A stretch of DNA of 64,000 nt from the NCBI GenBank assembly GCA_000182565.2, contig KQ257452.1, one strand, 5' to 3'. Positions 26,352-40,689 of the stretch are shown here, piece after piece. This stretch comes from Spizellomyces punctatus DAOM BR117 (lineage: Eukaryota). The translations under genes and the position numbers were made by a program. Under the pieces are notes generated by a model that did not search any database, was not told the DNA's origin, and was given only the letters and a program-made list of their open reading frames with translations. The stretch's first letter is position 1. Each line of letters begins with the position of its first letter.

Positions 26352-29157
26352 CGCTTTCTGACAGGGGTAAAAAATGAGGTGAGAAGGTGTTCAAACCAAG
26401 CTTCCAAGCGTAATACGATCCGCAGTCTTTCAAGGCATGGTTTCGTAAAAAGGATCCTTCCGACGGATTAGTAAGCAACAGCTCAAGCCTCCATCATGTG
26501 GGCATCCACACCGACATGTCTCATCGGAATCGTTCAGCCCAATGATCTTGTGTGGTGGTGAATACTTACTACGAGCTTGCACTGCTAAAGACACTGGTAC
26601 CCGATGGGCGGGAAGCTCTCAGGGCCCCACGTAATATACCCTTCCGCTCCCTCTCACGCCAGACAGAAAATAGTAACATGTCATTTGGTCGGACATCTAA
26701 AAATATAGCACGCGGGATAAGGAATGGCCGAGCTCAAGCCGCAGTTGACAATTATCCCAAACGTCAAACGTATCCAGCTTGTCACTAAAAATACGTTAGC
26801 GATGGGATCCAGTCCTTGGATCTTGTTTGAAGCGGCAATGCGCCATAAACCACTATCCATTGGTAAATCAAATTAACAAAACCTAAAGTCCAATGAATTT
26901 CCGACTCTCCACAGCCCCAAACCATTCACACTGTGTATCTACACGACATCTATTCGATTCAGAAATAGCAACAGTCAATATTTCTGATAAAGGTCCCGAG
27001 GATCCACTCACCCATCCTAATCCAGCGGTCGTGACGATCCTGAAGTGCCCCCGTCCAGCCCCATAGTTCATGCATGCCCATGACCCTCCCCTCGTGCGTC
27101 GAAACCTATCTATACCTTTATGGGCATGGGCAAACAGTCCTGAAAGGCGCGTGGAATTTAAAGAAGATAACGTCGCAAGACATATTATTTTCTTAGAATA
27201 TGGACGCCTCAACAGGGTTGCCGCTCGCCAGACATTCCTGGAAATGTCTTTGAGGAATACACTCTGAACAGTTCAGTTGATACAGAAGCGCGCGAACCGA
27301 AGCTGACGAGGATGAATTAGGTAAACGGTGGTTAGCGCCTTCTGTCGACACAAGGTAGAAGGCGTTTACTCATAAACTGCTAGCGACAAAAATGCTTCCC
27401 TAGTTGGTTCACAGCTACGGCATGGGTGGAACAGTAGCAATGTCCAACTAAACATAGCTACTCAGTTTTGCCCTTCTTAGTCCGATAGACCTCATCGTGA
27501 ATTGGTGAGAAGGATCAGCGTTGTAGTATCTACATGACGGTTTTTTGGAATAGCGCTTTTCCTCAAAGTGAAAACATTGGTAAGATGAGGTTTTGTCGTT
27601 GGATTCGTGCTTCACCATGGCCTGCATGATACGCATCATAATAATCCATCGGTTTGCATTGACTATCGTCAAAGCTTGAGTTTTCTTCAAACTTCTATTT
27701 ATTGGGAAGACCCTGGATTTTGTGATCGTGAACCTACTCTTCCTTTATATTGTAAGCATGTGTAGAATTTTGTCCCCGGCAATGTTCAAGGAGCTGTTCT
27801 TAATCTTTCTCATGCATAATTATCCATGCTTCGATTGCATAGTATTCACATGTGCATAGTAGGTTTTCGTATGTACCTCATTGAAGTCTCAATGGAACCA
27901 TCATAAGCTTTTCGACGCATCCATGCGACTCCTCCATATCTGCAGTGATATTTCTTCCCTTTCATTGATTCTCAGCCTACTGACTGCATCATGACATCGA
28001 GGAGATTGGATTAATTTGAAGAATGATCTTTTCCGGATCGCGGAGAACGTAGTCTTTCACAAAAAAAAGCCGCATTACTTGCCTAATACTGACTTTTGTC
28101 TGCATGAGGCGGGGGCTTGAAGACAAGATTCTCATCTTAAATTAGGACTTGAGAAAGATCAAGCTTTATGGTTTTGTATGACTGGATTGGTTTTTCTCAT
28201 AACTACATGTTTCTAATGTTCCAAGTAAAACTATGAACTATCAAAATGCATGAAATACACATTACGTTCACCTTGATTCATGCATATTTTTGGGAAAACC
28301 ATCTTGCGGTTAATGAAGTATGATGAGTAATGGAATCCAATAACACGATGTCAACCTGACTTTAACCTCTAATTATTGGACAACCAAGATAATTAACCGA
28401 AACGCTACTTGACAAGACTGTAACCCTAATACCGTTGAGTTAATCATACAGAATCATGGAGTTATTCAAGTTTATATCTTGTGATACTGGTCAAGCAAAC
28501 TGACTATTGCACTTGATTGTACAGCAGTTTCATGTCCCTGCAGCCTTCATTCCTCAATGTTGTTATGTGAGTCTCCTGTTAAGACCCACCAGGCACTCTT
28601 TAGATAAATGAAAGCAGCGGTCAGTGGGGTAACCACAGAATCATTACTGTAAAAGGCTAGGTGAAGCCAAAGAAGAGGGTGACGTGTGTGGTGTCTAAGT
28701 GCAGTAAACTATCACTCGCCACCATGATGATGCTGCTCTGATTGTCGCACCGTTCAAAACGGATCGGCAAATGATCGGCAATCATCAGCCATCGGCTTGA
28801 GGTTGCTCCTATGGTGCCCGGCACAGGGAATCCTTCTCTCCTGCGTATGGCGACGACGACAATGGCGAGGGGAGTCAGCTCGTTGACATCCAGACGAGAC
28901 CAGAAACCAAACAAAGGGAACAGTCCACAACTCAAATGATCGGCGATGGGATAAAATCCCAGAATGAATTGGTGACACCCAAAACGAAACCCAAGCGTTC
29001 CAATTACAGTTCTCACAGACACCCAACAGGTACCGAGGGGCTGGAACTGCGTCATTTGTAGACCGACCTCACACCATGTCACAAGCCACTGGATAAGCAA
29101 AGAGAGTGACTGCACACGTATTTAAGTTAATAGATAGATACAGAGACTATAGAGGCT

Positions 29158-32100
29158 TCAGCCTGGACAATTTCTGCGATGTCGGAGTGTTTCAACTGGG
29201 GTAAATAAAAATGTCCTCCCGCATTTGCTACATTCAAACGTCTTGCGTGCGGCATCTTGTGCAGACTGTGATGATGGTTCCTCGGTGGTTTTCTCGGCCA
29301 TGTCAACACTAGGCTCCACTGGGAGTTCTTTTGCGTGATCACTTGCTGGTTCGGGGTGCTCTGTCTGCATGTCATCCACTACCTCCTCATACAGAAGCTT
29401 TCGCATTTTCCTTGTAACGATTTTGGGGTTGGCTGCAAAGTACCGAAGATACGGTGTAACTTGAACCGACGCCTGCTTGAGAGTCTCTGGCGTGTATGAA
29501 TCGTATCCAAACTATAATGGACGACATCAGGAGAATTCCATTATTTAATGAGCATAACGGATACACACCATTTGTGAGACTTCTTGCATCTTTAAACGCT
29601 CTGCAGTGAAGGACACATCCAGATCCAAGAAATCTCCCAGTTGTGCTATAAATGTCCAAAAACTGGTGAGTTGGGATGGGCATAGGGAACACGATCGACA
29701 ACTCGTACCAGATACATCTTCAGCGCCAATATCTGCAAAGGCCCCTATCCCGCCCAAAATTGTGCCATCCTCCCAATCTCTGCGCATGCGCTTTATTGCC
29801 GATGGCAGGAAGTCGAATTTAGCCCAATCCGTTCGTCCTCTACGACTGTGCCGTGCAGACTGTCCTGATGTTTCGTCTTCCTGTAAGGCTGAATCACCCA
29901 AGGCGGTCCCCACTACCTCTGTCGCATCTTTTGACGACAGTACTGCATTTTTAAAAAGGCGCACATTCTGGAGTAGAACGGTGCAAGTCATTATCTAGTT
30001 TCAAAACGCTCAAAGCAAGTACTCCACCCTACCTCCAGTTTTCGACCAACAATCATATCCCATGCGACGCGTAAGAAATTCGCCAACACCAAAACACGCT
30101 GTGCAACGTGCGGATCATGAAAGTTGAGATGTAGCCAGTCATCAACGACGACATGCATTGTGTCTGGGCTGATATCGACTAGCGGAAGCCATGCATGTGA
30201 GCAAGATTTTGTCATACGGTCAACAGAGCAAATTACATACTTGAACGTCCGAACAAGAGGCATGCTGAAAGTGCAGGTACTCGTAAGACGTTCATGAGGT
30301 ACGGCTTGGTTGTCTCCAATAGCTCCAAGTAGCATAACATCTCTGTTACATGGGTACGTGCATGAAGGGTGGCTAGTGTTTCCTTGCCATCTTCCGGAAC
30401 AGGTATCGTCCCTGCAAACAAGTTGTAAGGGATGACAGCGGAAAGGACAGACCACCACACTTGACTGTAGAAATCGCTGGACATTTTATATACCTTGAAC
30501 TTTGGGCTGCACCAACTCTGGTTTAGACGCAAAAATACTTGTGGGATGCATTGCCACAAATCTGGCCAAAAACGAAATCAGAATGGACATGACTACATCC
30601 TCCCCTGTAAACTATCCATACCTCTTTCCTTTAGTATGAAAAACCTGCTCGGTTGCTCTGCGTACGTGGTTCGCCTCATCTGGAACCGCTAAATGTGGGT
30701 ACAATCCTGAACAAACCACCAATTTGAGGAGATTCACATCTCTCTCGGTCAAGTTTCCAACATCTGAGCGTTGGAATAATTCACGAGCATCGTGCTTAAG
30801 AGAAAACTCTAAGGCATCGACTGACATGTCTGCGATGTCTAAACAGCATAGAACAAGTGGATTCATGTCATAATATGTCCACTACGCATAGGGATAGACG
30901 ACAGAGTGAATGTTACCATCTTCAGGTTCGTCTTGCTCTCCAGCCTCAAACCCTTCAGATTCCTCCATCCGTAGCATCTTTCGTTTTCCGGAACTCTGTA
31001 GCCGTTTCCGCCGCTCTAGCATGCGCCTCTGCTCACGTCGACGTTGATACTCTGGGTCCTGTGTACAGCTGCATCGTCAGAACGATTCATCGTAAATAGA
31101 ACCTATTGATACATACTCTCCAGTTCAACCGCCCCTTATCATCTCTGTCTTCATATTGCTTACGTTTGCGCCCAATTGCTTCCTCGCTGTCGTCCTCGCC
31201 CGCAGAAGAAGCTGACATTCGCAAGTAATCCTGCAAGACTCCTTCAAATTGCTTCTTGAGTTTCACCATTTCATATAGTCGTTGCTCTTCCACACCGTGA
31301 CGCTTGCACCAATTTCGGGAGGATTCCTTTTCATGGAGTTGTAAATTAATAAAGATTGACAAATTTGGACACTCCAAAATATATACCTCTCTCGCAGCTT
31401 TCACTCTGAGCCATTCTGAGAACACATTAAGCAGTGTAAAAGGGTCACCATGATCGGATTGAAGAGATCGTCGGTTCTGTGTCCATGGCAGATGCGGTGG
31501 GTATGATGTTGAAAACATTGAAACCCGCCATCAAACATATCGCGTGCATACCTCGAGAATATCCACCTTGTGCTCAGGGACGCGTATGAATGGTGACTGA
31601 ACACTCAATGCTGCAGCTATCACCACAATGGCATCGACAAGATCACAGATCTGCCAGGCAAAAAAGCAAAGCCATCAGCTTTCCTGAGTTTCCGCAAGTC
31701 TCTGCCCGACACGTACCGATCCCAAAATTAGCATTTTCCCTAATACCACGTCCAAGGGTAACATGGCCAATACCCTCCCCAGGGCAGTCAAGGCTTCTTT
31801 CCTGTCTAGTGCGCCCAAATCCTGCAACCGCATTATCGAAAATGATATATTGGCGTCCGCTGGTCGCTCGATGAAATCAAAATCTCGTGGATCACCGAGA
31901 CCGTATGCCAGGATTTGGAGGAGAAGTGGTTCGAGAGGCATGCGTAGAATTTCAGGCACAGGAAATTCGTTAAGGCGGTCATACTCCTTTTTAGAATAGA
32001 ATCGATAACACTACAGGAAAAATATTTCCAGATATATAGTCATTAGGGATGTATCGTTGTGCACTAATCTTTAGTACGTACTTCACCAGGCCCCGTTCTT

Positions 32101-34618
32101 CCTGCACGACCAGCCCGCTGCTTTGCGCTTGACTGACTAATCCAAAACTCTGAGAGGCGGGACAGATTTGCAGCGGGATCAAAGCCCATTTCCTTGACCT
32201 TGCCTGAAGGATATTAAACAGTATGAATTGTTGTTGAACCTGCTGAATGTATTGATTCCTTCGTGCGCACCAGAGTCAATAATAAAGCGAACACCGTCAA
32301 TGGTGACGCTGGTCTCGGCGATGTTGGTGGAGAGGATGCATTTGCGGACCCCGGCAGGAGGGACATCAAAGACCTGCTCTTTCATGTTAAGCTAGTATCT
32401 ATATTCACATTTGCCGAGCATATTCATATACCTTTTCCTGCTCAGTCACAGACAAAGAACTATGCAGCAGAAGTATAATCCACTTCCTAAACAGTGAGTA
32501 CCGCTTAATCAGTATGTGCAGCTATCGGCATAAGAACGCGTAGGGTACAAACTTTGTGTAGTTTGCATAACCTTTCAATTCATCTGCCAAGAGCGAAATC
32601 TCATTGATACCACTGACAAATATGAGCATGTCGCCTCGCTCGTGGTCCGGAACCACTTGATCGATCTTCTCCATTATTCTCAGGTATGGTGCTATTGCAC
32701 TCAGCAGTGAGAAACATGATGCACTTTCAAACTTCCTAGAAATTGGGTCTTACCAGCATCAAGTTTGGTTGGGCGAGCGGGAATGGATTGCCGTACTTCG
32801 GCTTCCATTCTTTCATTGTACAGTCTGTCATCAACCAGATTCCTGTCTTCTTCCTCTATCGGTAGATACTCAATCGTAACAGGATACATGCGTCCAGGAA
32901 CCTACTAAGCACTACAAACATTAGCTCACAATAAAGATTCGTAGAACAAACAAAACTTCATGGATCTTGCCTCGATAATTGGTGCGTTAAAGTATTCGCT
33001 GAAAAGCTTCGCATTGATTGTGGCGGACATCAGGATCACCCGAATATCCTCTCGATGCGACAGCAAGCGCTTCAGTACTCCCAGGAGGAAATCACCTGAT
33101 GCCAGAAAGGTAGATTTATATAATGGATTGATAAAGTGCCATAGTAGAGGACACTACCTGTCATATGCCGCTCGTGGACTTCATCTACTATAATCACATT
33201 ATACATGGGCAGTTGCGGGTCGCTTGCAAATTGTCTTAGGAGCACCCCCTGTTGCCATTGTTTAAATCTTTATTTCTCAATTATTTATTCTATGAGAGCA
33301 TACCTCCGTAAGAAACAAAATCTTTGTCTTCGTAGTCTTGGTGCCTTCGAATCGAACTTGATATGCAATTTCTGAGCCATACATGTTCATGCTCTCGTAG
33401 CTACAATCAACGTGAGATGCTTTTGATTATTAAAAAAGGAATTTGAGCTTAATACTTACCTAACTCGTCTAGCGAGACTGTAGCAAGCAATTCGCCTTGG
33501 CTGTGTACATGCGATACGGTCGAAACCGGCAGCTAGCAGGTACTGAGGCACCTGAGTGCTTTTACCGGCGCCCGTGTCCGCTATGGTCACAAAACTGTTA
33601 AGGACTACTCGGTGATACTCTGCATTTAGTATCGACCGCTCACCAGCAATGAGTACGACGCGGTTATCGCGCACAGTTTCCGAGATCTTTTCCTGCAGCG
33701 GTTTAATGGGCAAAGCTGCACGGTCCTTATCAAAGTAAACGTCAGGTCCAAGCGATTCAACCACACATTGCGTATATCGCTTTCACCCACGCTCTCAATT
33801 TTCGTCTTCAATTGTTCCCGTTTTCTCTCTTGGAAATCTGCAAAAAGCACCAATGCATGTCGACTATCTGCTATCTCATCACGTTTTGGTGCTTGGTGTG
33901 GGTTTCCTGATTTTATCGCAGCTACTTCATCTGCTTTGAGCTTCTTCTCCCGCATGACGGTGAATTTTAGGAAAAAATCTTTCTCGTGGCGGGATTGAAG
34001 CAATGAATTTAGATATGGTAACGTGGGAACCGGATGGACAAAGAGAAGAATAAAAGATATAATATTTTATTACTTTTGACGTCAACATATAACAAGGGAA
34101 AACACACTGGACCACCAGACATCAATAGGCTCTTCCAGCCACACCAAGATCTGTCTATCCTCATACACTGTGTCCAAACGCAGGTTGAAAACGCACCTCT
34201 GAATTCATCATATTCAGGGTCTTCTCGTCGAAAGGGTGCCTCGCCCCCTCTCCCGAAAAGCACACGATCTGCTTCCCATCCCCACACTGGCGCCCCTCTC
34301 TCCCGCCGACCTCCACTTCGCAATTCAGGCTCTTCACCTGAACGCCCTTGTTCCCGTTTGTCGCGGTTCTCAATTAAGATAGCCTTTCGTGCCTCTGCGA
34401 GTGCCTCCTCTTTGCTAAGTTTTGGCTTTTCCGGTCGTTGTTGCCACCTCTAGATATGCAAGGAAAAGACGAGATCAAGATCAAAGTGAAAATGTGAGTT
34501 GTCATGTTACTGTCAAACTTACTCCACCGCGCCGCCTATCCCACTGCTCTCTTTCGGCCGCTTCCCTTTCTGTTTCCTGTCGCAATGTTCCATCAATATT
34601 GTATCGCAACTCTCCCAT
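29158..34618 (-). CDS. DHX34: DEAH-box RNA helicase, DHX34-like, with many short introns
   Basis: [52 protein letters not shown] and QRAGRAGR motifs. DHX34-type features: [18 protein letters not shown] and a C-terminal C2H2-like finger (FECSKCG..F..TP...LRH). Confidence 0.85.
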
Positions 34619-35629
34619 CGTCGCCAGCCCCCCAATTATTTGATATCCACAGTTCGTGCTCCTGAACTGAGTTCAGACGCTGTGCCACATATCACCATGG
34701 CAATGAGATGCCATCCAACCCGAACCCGAACGTCCCCATAATACCAGAGCTTAGTTGCCCGTTCCTCGTCACTCTGCAAAGGTTCGCAACTCATACGCAT
34801 AGCATCAGCTGAGGATGTGGTAATGTCTCCAATTGCTTAACAAATGGACATGAAAGTGATATATGCCGTCTCCCTCAGGCGGTCTCAGGCGGAAAGATCC
34901 ACGTCCATGGCTAAACGTAACGTGAACCTGCACTAGCAAGCCACGCCGTAAGCCACATCATGGAAGCATTTTCCATTTGTTTTTCTTTCACCGGCGCACT
35001 CCAATGAAGGTTGATAATGCAAGAGCACGGTGGGATATTGAAAAGTTGTCCATTCCCTCCAACCCTTTGACTTCAGATGGCAGGGGGTAGTCCGAGTATG
35101 CACTTTCCCAAGTGTCCAACCCAGCGTTCATGCGTTCATCCAGTACGGGATTTCGGGTGGAAATCTCCATTTCGCTTTGCCATCAAAGTATGATTGGATT
35201 TAAGTTGGCTAAATCTGCTTCTCACTTCCTTACCCGGGAAAGAAAAACCAACCCCGACAAGGCAGCGATGAACTACTTGATGTACATTTTTGGTACAGGT
35301 ACAAGATACACATTAAAATAATACGATCGGGTGGGTGGTGAGAGAACCCTATTCAAATAAAAAAACTACCAAACTCTACCAAAACCTTTCCTCCACCGCC
35401 GCCTTGTTGAAGCAACCGGCCAAGTGATATAAGAGAGAGAGAAAAATAATGTGGATGCCCCCAAATGACTGTTAGAAAATAAATTCGCAGAGGACACAAG
35501 ATACGGAAGTATCTCTCTCGGCGTGTTAGATAGGGTGATTGATTTGCAAACATTGCTCGTCCGTTTCGTGAAGGCGCAGACGGCTGCTTCGCTAAAGAAA
35601 AACTGTCCGCTATGTGTGCTGCTCTCTTC

Positions 35630-37095
35630 CTAAGACTCGTCGCGTTGAGGTGGCGGACTTCGACTAAAATTGCGGACGAGCTTGGATAAGTTTTCTTGGT
35701 TCCTTACAGAACCATACTCAAAGTGGAATAAAGGACTGCGAAACTCACTTGCGTGCTCGTATCTCCACAATGCCCTGTTCTGCAAGACGTCTGGACAATT
35801 CCGTTGACTATATCGGCGGCGTCAGCAATGCAATCAGTATGCAGAGATGTAGATAGTATTCTACCTTTAGCATTCCCGGGAACTGTTTCGGCCTGTAGGA
35901 CTCAAAGGGCAAGGATTGAACTACCGCCAGCACCGGCTTTCCTTCTACGGCATCACGGCCAACCATCTGCTTCAAGTTGCCCTCTGCTGGCCTCCTGTTC
36001 CCGTGACGAATGCAATGAGTACGAGCACCGGATTTATTGCATAGTTTGCCGCAAAAGTGCAGAGAGCATACATCATGCTGACGTTGAGGAACTCCCTCAT
36101 GGGCAACCAGAACTTACCCTAGCGAAACGTCCACAAGCTGAAACCGAAACGAGTATCGTCCAGGCAAACGAACAGACAAGTCCGGATATAAAAACATCAT
36201 TTTCCGCTTATCGTCCACATCTTTTAATGATTGAGCTATGGCCACCTGGGAACCAACTACTGCGTGCACGCTGGCATCTGCTGCGTCGTTTCCACCGCCT
36301 TGGGCGTATACGTTTTCTACCAAACTGCGATCCTCTGTGCCCTCTGGGTTCCAAAGTGATGCATGGCATACTAGGAAAGGAGCTTCTTCGCAGCTACAAA
36401 ACGCGGACAATGTGCTTAGGTGCGACACATTCTGTCGCAAAAATCGACATTATACTGTTGGCATACCTGTCTATTTCCTTGCCAGCAGCATCCAGTCTCA
36501 CCAATTCCACTACTGGCGGCTACAAGGTCAAAATATTGGGAGACGCCATGTCAGTGGATATTGGCGGGAATCACGCCAGATAAACAAGCAATCGAAATCA
36601 TACCGGATCAACGGCTCGCCGGTCTAGTCGAGCAAGGGTGAGCAATGATGCACGTGGTATAGCAGAAAACACAGCACACCTTGTGTGTGTGTGCGTGTGT
36701 GTGCGGCAAACTCTTACCTTTATTTCCAAATCCGCAACAGCGTGCACGTACTGGGTGTTGAAGGATTCTCAACTGATATGAACACACCATTCTATTAATC
36801 CGCAATATTTGAGACACACACACACACATGAGCAAAGACGACGAAGAAACCAAAAGGTTGCGCATAACACGTACGATGCGGTTGAAGGTGCATCTGATGC
36901 GGGATTTTGCTGTGACTGCGGTGGGTTTGACGCTGCCCTATCAGACGAAAGTGGTCCTCTCCCATAAGCATCAGAATTCCGCGGGCCCGGATCCCGTTGA
37001 TGCGGTCCGTCGACAACGCTGTCGATGGATAATGGATGACGCCGTCCAGATTGGGAATGAGACTTGTTTGACTGCAGATTAGATGCAGACGACAT
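35630..37095 (-). CDS. Velvet-domain transcription factor, multi-exon
   Basis: YQLRILQHPVRARCCGFG, FLYPDLSVRLPGRYSFRFQL and KQFPGML|STELSRRLAEQG are velvet signatures. Confidence 0.92.
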
Positions 37096-38840
37096 TGTTT
37101 AAATGTGGTTGTCGGTTGGGTGGGGGAAACCCGGTAACAGCTTGCGACCAGGCGGAATTTTCAAGACACAATGTTGTAGTGTGTCCAAACGAGACGAGTG
37201 GGAGGCGATCCAATGACTGGAAGCAAATGCAGCTTGGTTATGAATTCTGGCGCGGGCAGGTCTCCCGCAGGCCAAACGCCCAACTTTTTTTCAGGCGAAG
37301 GGGGGAGGACGGGGAGTGGAAGGGAGGAAAAAGGTATCCAGTCTTTCCGAGACAAGGGCTCCGAATTTCGGCCGACCACAAGAAGTACTTTTGGCTCGAC
37401 TGGTTTCGAAAAAGTGAATCCACGTGTTCCGAAGCCAATGGAGAGAACCAAGTGATTTCATGACCATTGGATAACCACACGTAATCCATCCTGGTTCCCG
37501 GACTGTCGTAGTAGACGAGTCTTCCACGGCTCCCACGAATGTGGGCGCTGACTAATCACCCACCATTCAGTTACTATGCCGCAGGTCGAACCATCCCCCA
37601 CGCCCTTGTGACAGGTGAAAAAAAGTTCCAACTCTGGAATCTTTTCGGGGTGCAGGAATGGGTGGCATAACCCCTTACAAATTGGCATATTGTTGCACTG
37701 GGAGAAGGATTTCCTTTTGAGAGTAACCCTTGAATGACCTGGATATATTCGTGCCGTTTTTGCCTGTTGTCTAGAGAATATCCCTTGTGTACGAACTGTC
37801 CACGTCGTGGGTCGTGTTCGTGATCGTTTGTTGACGACGCGACGGGCCCCACAGCCCTTTCAAGGGAATTTTTTGCAAAATTCGAAACGATTGCTTGGTA
37901 GAGACATGAATGGGGATCTCTAGCCAGCTGAGCACCATCACCGATCAGCTGAGCCAATATCGCTGCTTACCCGAAAAATGTTTACCCCACGTGACATGCG
38001 CTCATAGCTGAACGCCTCACTCTTGCGGCTGGAAGCATTGGATACTGGCTGTTGAATGCTTGAGTCAGCTCCGATCCACGGACCAGACAATTCAAGGTGT
38101 GGAAATTCTGTGGAAACTTTTGAGACAATGAATGGGTAACATTTTCTGAACAATGGGGCGAATGGGCGCAGTTCAACCCCAAAATGTCGGTGGCTCCAAG
38201 GTCGGACCCTTGGAAGGTCGCACGGGAGAATCCACCACAGATAGATGGGAGATAGGAAGAAGCACAATGCGTTCTGCAGGTTTTTTTTTTTATTGTATTT
38301 TAGGGTTGTAGACATGCAATTAGGTTGCGATCATTACCCTGAAACAGTGTGAGATTTCTAGTCAAAATCAAGAAACGCATCTCCGCGGACCTTCCCGGAG
38401 ACTATTAGCCGGGTCGAACTCGTCAAATTACATGATTTCGTAGATTGTCTGCTCCGTGGGTGAAACTCCTTTGTTGATTACTTGGCGGTTGCATGAGCTC
38501 TCCCTTGAAAAGTGTTCATGTCGCATGGGTGAATTTAAAAAAATTATGCAAGTTGCACAAATCAACTTTGTAAATGTTACTGAACGGACTCCCCGGAATC
38601 TGGCATACGACTACAACTCTCCCCATGCAGGCGAAAGACACTGGAAATATCTTGTGGCTTGGGTGTGCGAAGGCTTGTACACGTCATACCGCGTATTAGA
38701 TAAGCCCGGACCTTATGACGTCACATTGAGGTTGCCAATGGCCCTTGTATTTAAGATTTCTCCTCCTACTAGAGTCCTTTCGTTTTTGAACGTCCAGCTT
38801 GCAAAAAAGTTTACAAGTTTTAAAGTAATAGTTTGACAAT

Positions 38841-40142
38841 ATGCCTTCTCAAACCAAGGAGAGTTCTGCGGAGCCTACGTATGAGTATCACGGTGGTGCC
38901 CCTCCACCAAAAGCAACAGACAAGATTGTCCAACCTGCCCAAGAAGAAGCGGAGGTGAAAGGTATGACCCTTTCATTACTGTAGCCATTAACTGCGAAAG
39001 TAGGAAACTCACATGTAACATCCATAACGGATTTAGATGCCATCATCCACGAAACTGTTGCTGAAGTGGAACGCGAAGAGATCCAGCCTGTCGTTGAAAG
39101 AGAGCGGATTCAGACAGAAATTCAGCAGGTCGTGCAACCTGTTTTGGATGTTGTGACCGAGGCACCTACAGTGGAGAAGGTCGAGTTGCAGGAGGAGAAA
39201 CACAGATATCGCGAGAAAGTCAAGTATGTATCCATTCTCGTGGGGCGTCCGAGATAAAGTACGGAATTGACATAATTTGACGCATGATGCAGAGAGGCCG
39301 ACCTAGAGCGATACCAGGAACAAGCCGATGCATTCAAGGACGAGATTCATGAAAGTGCTGTTATCCACGAAAAGGTTCGTTTTTGGACTATTTTTTTTTT
39401 TTACTTTTGGAGCCAACCCGCTGATTTAAATATCAAACGACCACTTAGGTTTATAAAGAGCCTATCATCCACGAAACAGTCAAGACAAAGATAATCACAG
39501 AAGTGCAACCCGTCATTGAGCGAGTTATCCATAAAACTCATGTCGTGGAAGAGTACGTATATTGAGCATGTTACAGGACACAAATTACCGTAATTAACCT
39601 TTATTTTTTTCCATTAGAACCAAACCAATTAAGGAGACTTTTATTAAAGCACCTGTTGTCCATGACCAGGAGATTGCTCCTCCTATATCCATGGAAGAGT
39701 TTGAGACGCTCAGCAAGTCACCTGAAAAGACTCCGACAAAGAGAAAGGTATGTCGACCAATAGATTGTACTTATCATAAATCGTGCTGACACAAGGTGGG
39801 CATGTTAAGTCAAGGGCCTCACTTAGCCCTTCCCCACTTGATGGCGACGGGCCCATGACGCGATTGAAACGAAAAAAGTTGGCTGAGGCAACAGAAAGTG
39901 AAACCGGGCCAGCCGAAGTGACAGAGCTTGTGGATGATGGTTATGTCGAGGTCGACCAGCCGTCTCTAAAGCCCTCCACCATCCACGGTACGGTAGAAAA
40001 AATTGTGGGAGCTGTTGAGGCTGGTGTTGGCGAATTGATTGGAAATGATGGGTTGGTAGCTAAAGGCCAAGCAAGAAAGGTCGAAGGGGAGTTGGAAATT
40101 GAGGCTGCACAGGCAGCCAAGAAGCGGAAAGTGGATGTTTGA
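38841..40142 (+). CDS. Fungal 'allergen'-type repeat protein (EEIQPVVERE repeats) with C-terminal CsbD-like domain, multi-exon
   Basis: IIHETV..EREEIQPVVERERIQTEI and IIHETVKTKIITEVQPVIER repeats; C-terminal GTVEKIVGAVEAGVGELIGNDGLVAKGQARKVEG. Confidence 0.7.
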
Positions 40143-40174
40143 AAACTTTTGATAATTGATGACGGTGTAAATAT

Positions 40175-40536
40175 GTGCGAAATATGATTTTTTTGGAATA
40201 GCAAACGTTCTTTGCAACGCTCACCCGAAACAAGACCTCTATATCTCGCATATCTACAATATTGGGTATCTACACAACAAACAGGGTTTGGGGGGACCTG
40301 ATTGTAAATGATTGTAGTTATATTTGGTTGTCAATTAGGAGTATAAGTCAATATTTGCAACCAGGTCTGCAGACCTGGGTCCGCGACTCACTGGGAACTC
40401 GTCGGATTGATTTGGAGTAAGTGCGAAATATGGTTTTTTTTGGAATAGCAAACGTTCTTTGCAACGCTCACCCGAAACAAGACCTCTATATCTCGCATAT
40501 CTACAATATTGGGTATCTACACAACAAACAGGGTTT
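40175..40536. repeat. Two ~115-bp near-identical direct repeats (40175-40289, 40421-40536) flanking a 131-bp spacer
   Basis: gtgcgaaatatg...acaaacagggttt occurs twice and differs only near the T-run. Confidence 0.95.
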
Positions 40537-40689
40537 CGCCAATAAAGCCACAAAATATGAGCACGCAAACCACAACGCCTTCCAGATTTTCAAAATCATG
40601 TTCCCCCATCTTCACACACTACGCACAGAAAAATATTAACTTCATACAAGAAAGAAAATCTTTGGTCTATAGGAGAATACAGCGGCCAA

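Noticed and set aside
28420-28429. TAACCCTAA, identical to the filamentous-fungal telomerase RNA template, in a long intergenic region
   Set aside because: One 9-mer is expected by chance in 64 kb, and I could not find a convincing pseudoknot or P6.1 element.
35753-36583. 276-aa + strand ORF
   Set aside because: Antisense to the velvet exons; no protein features.
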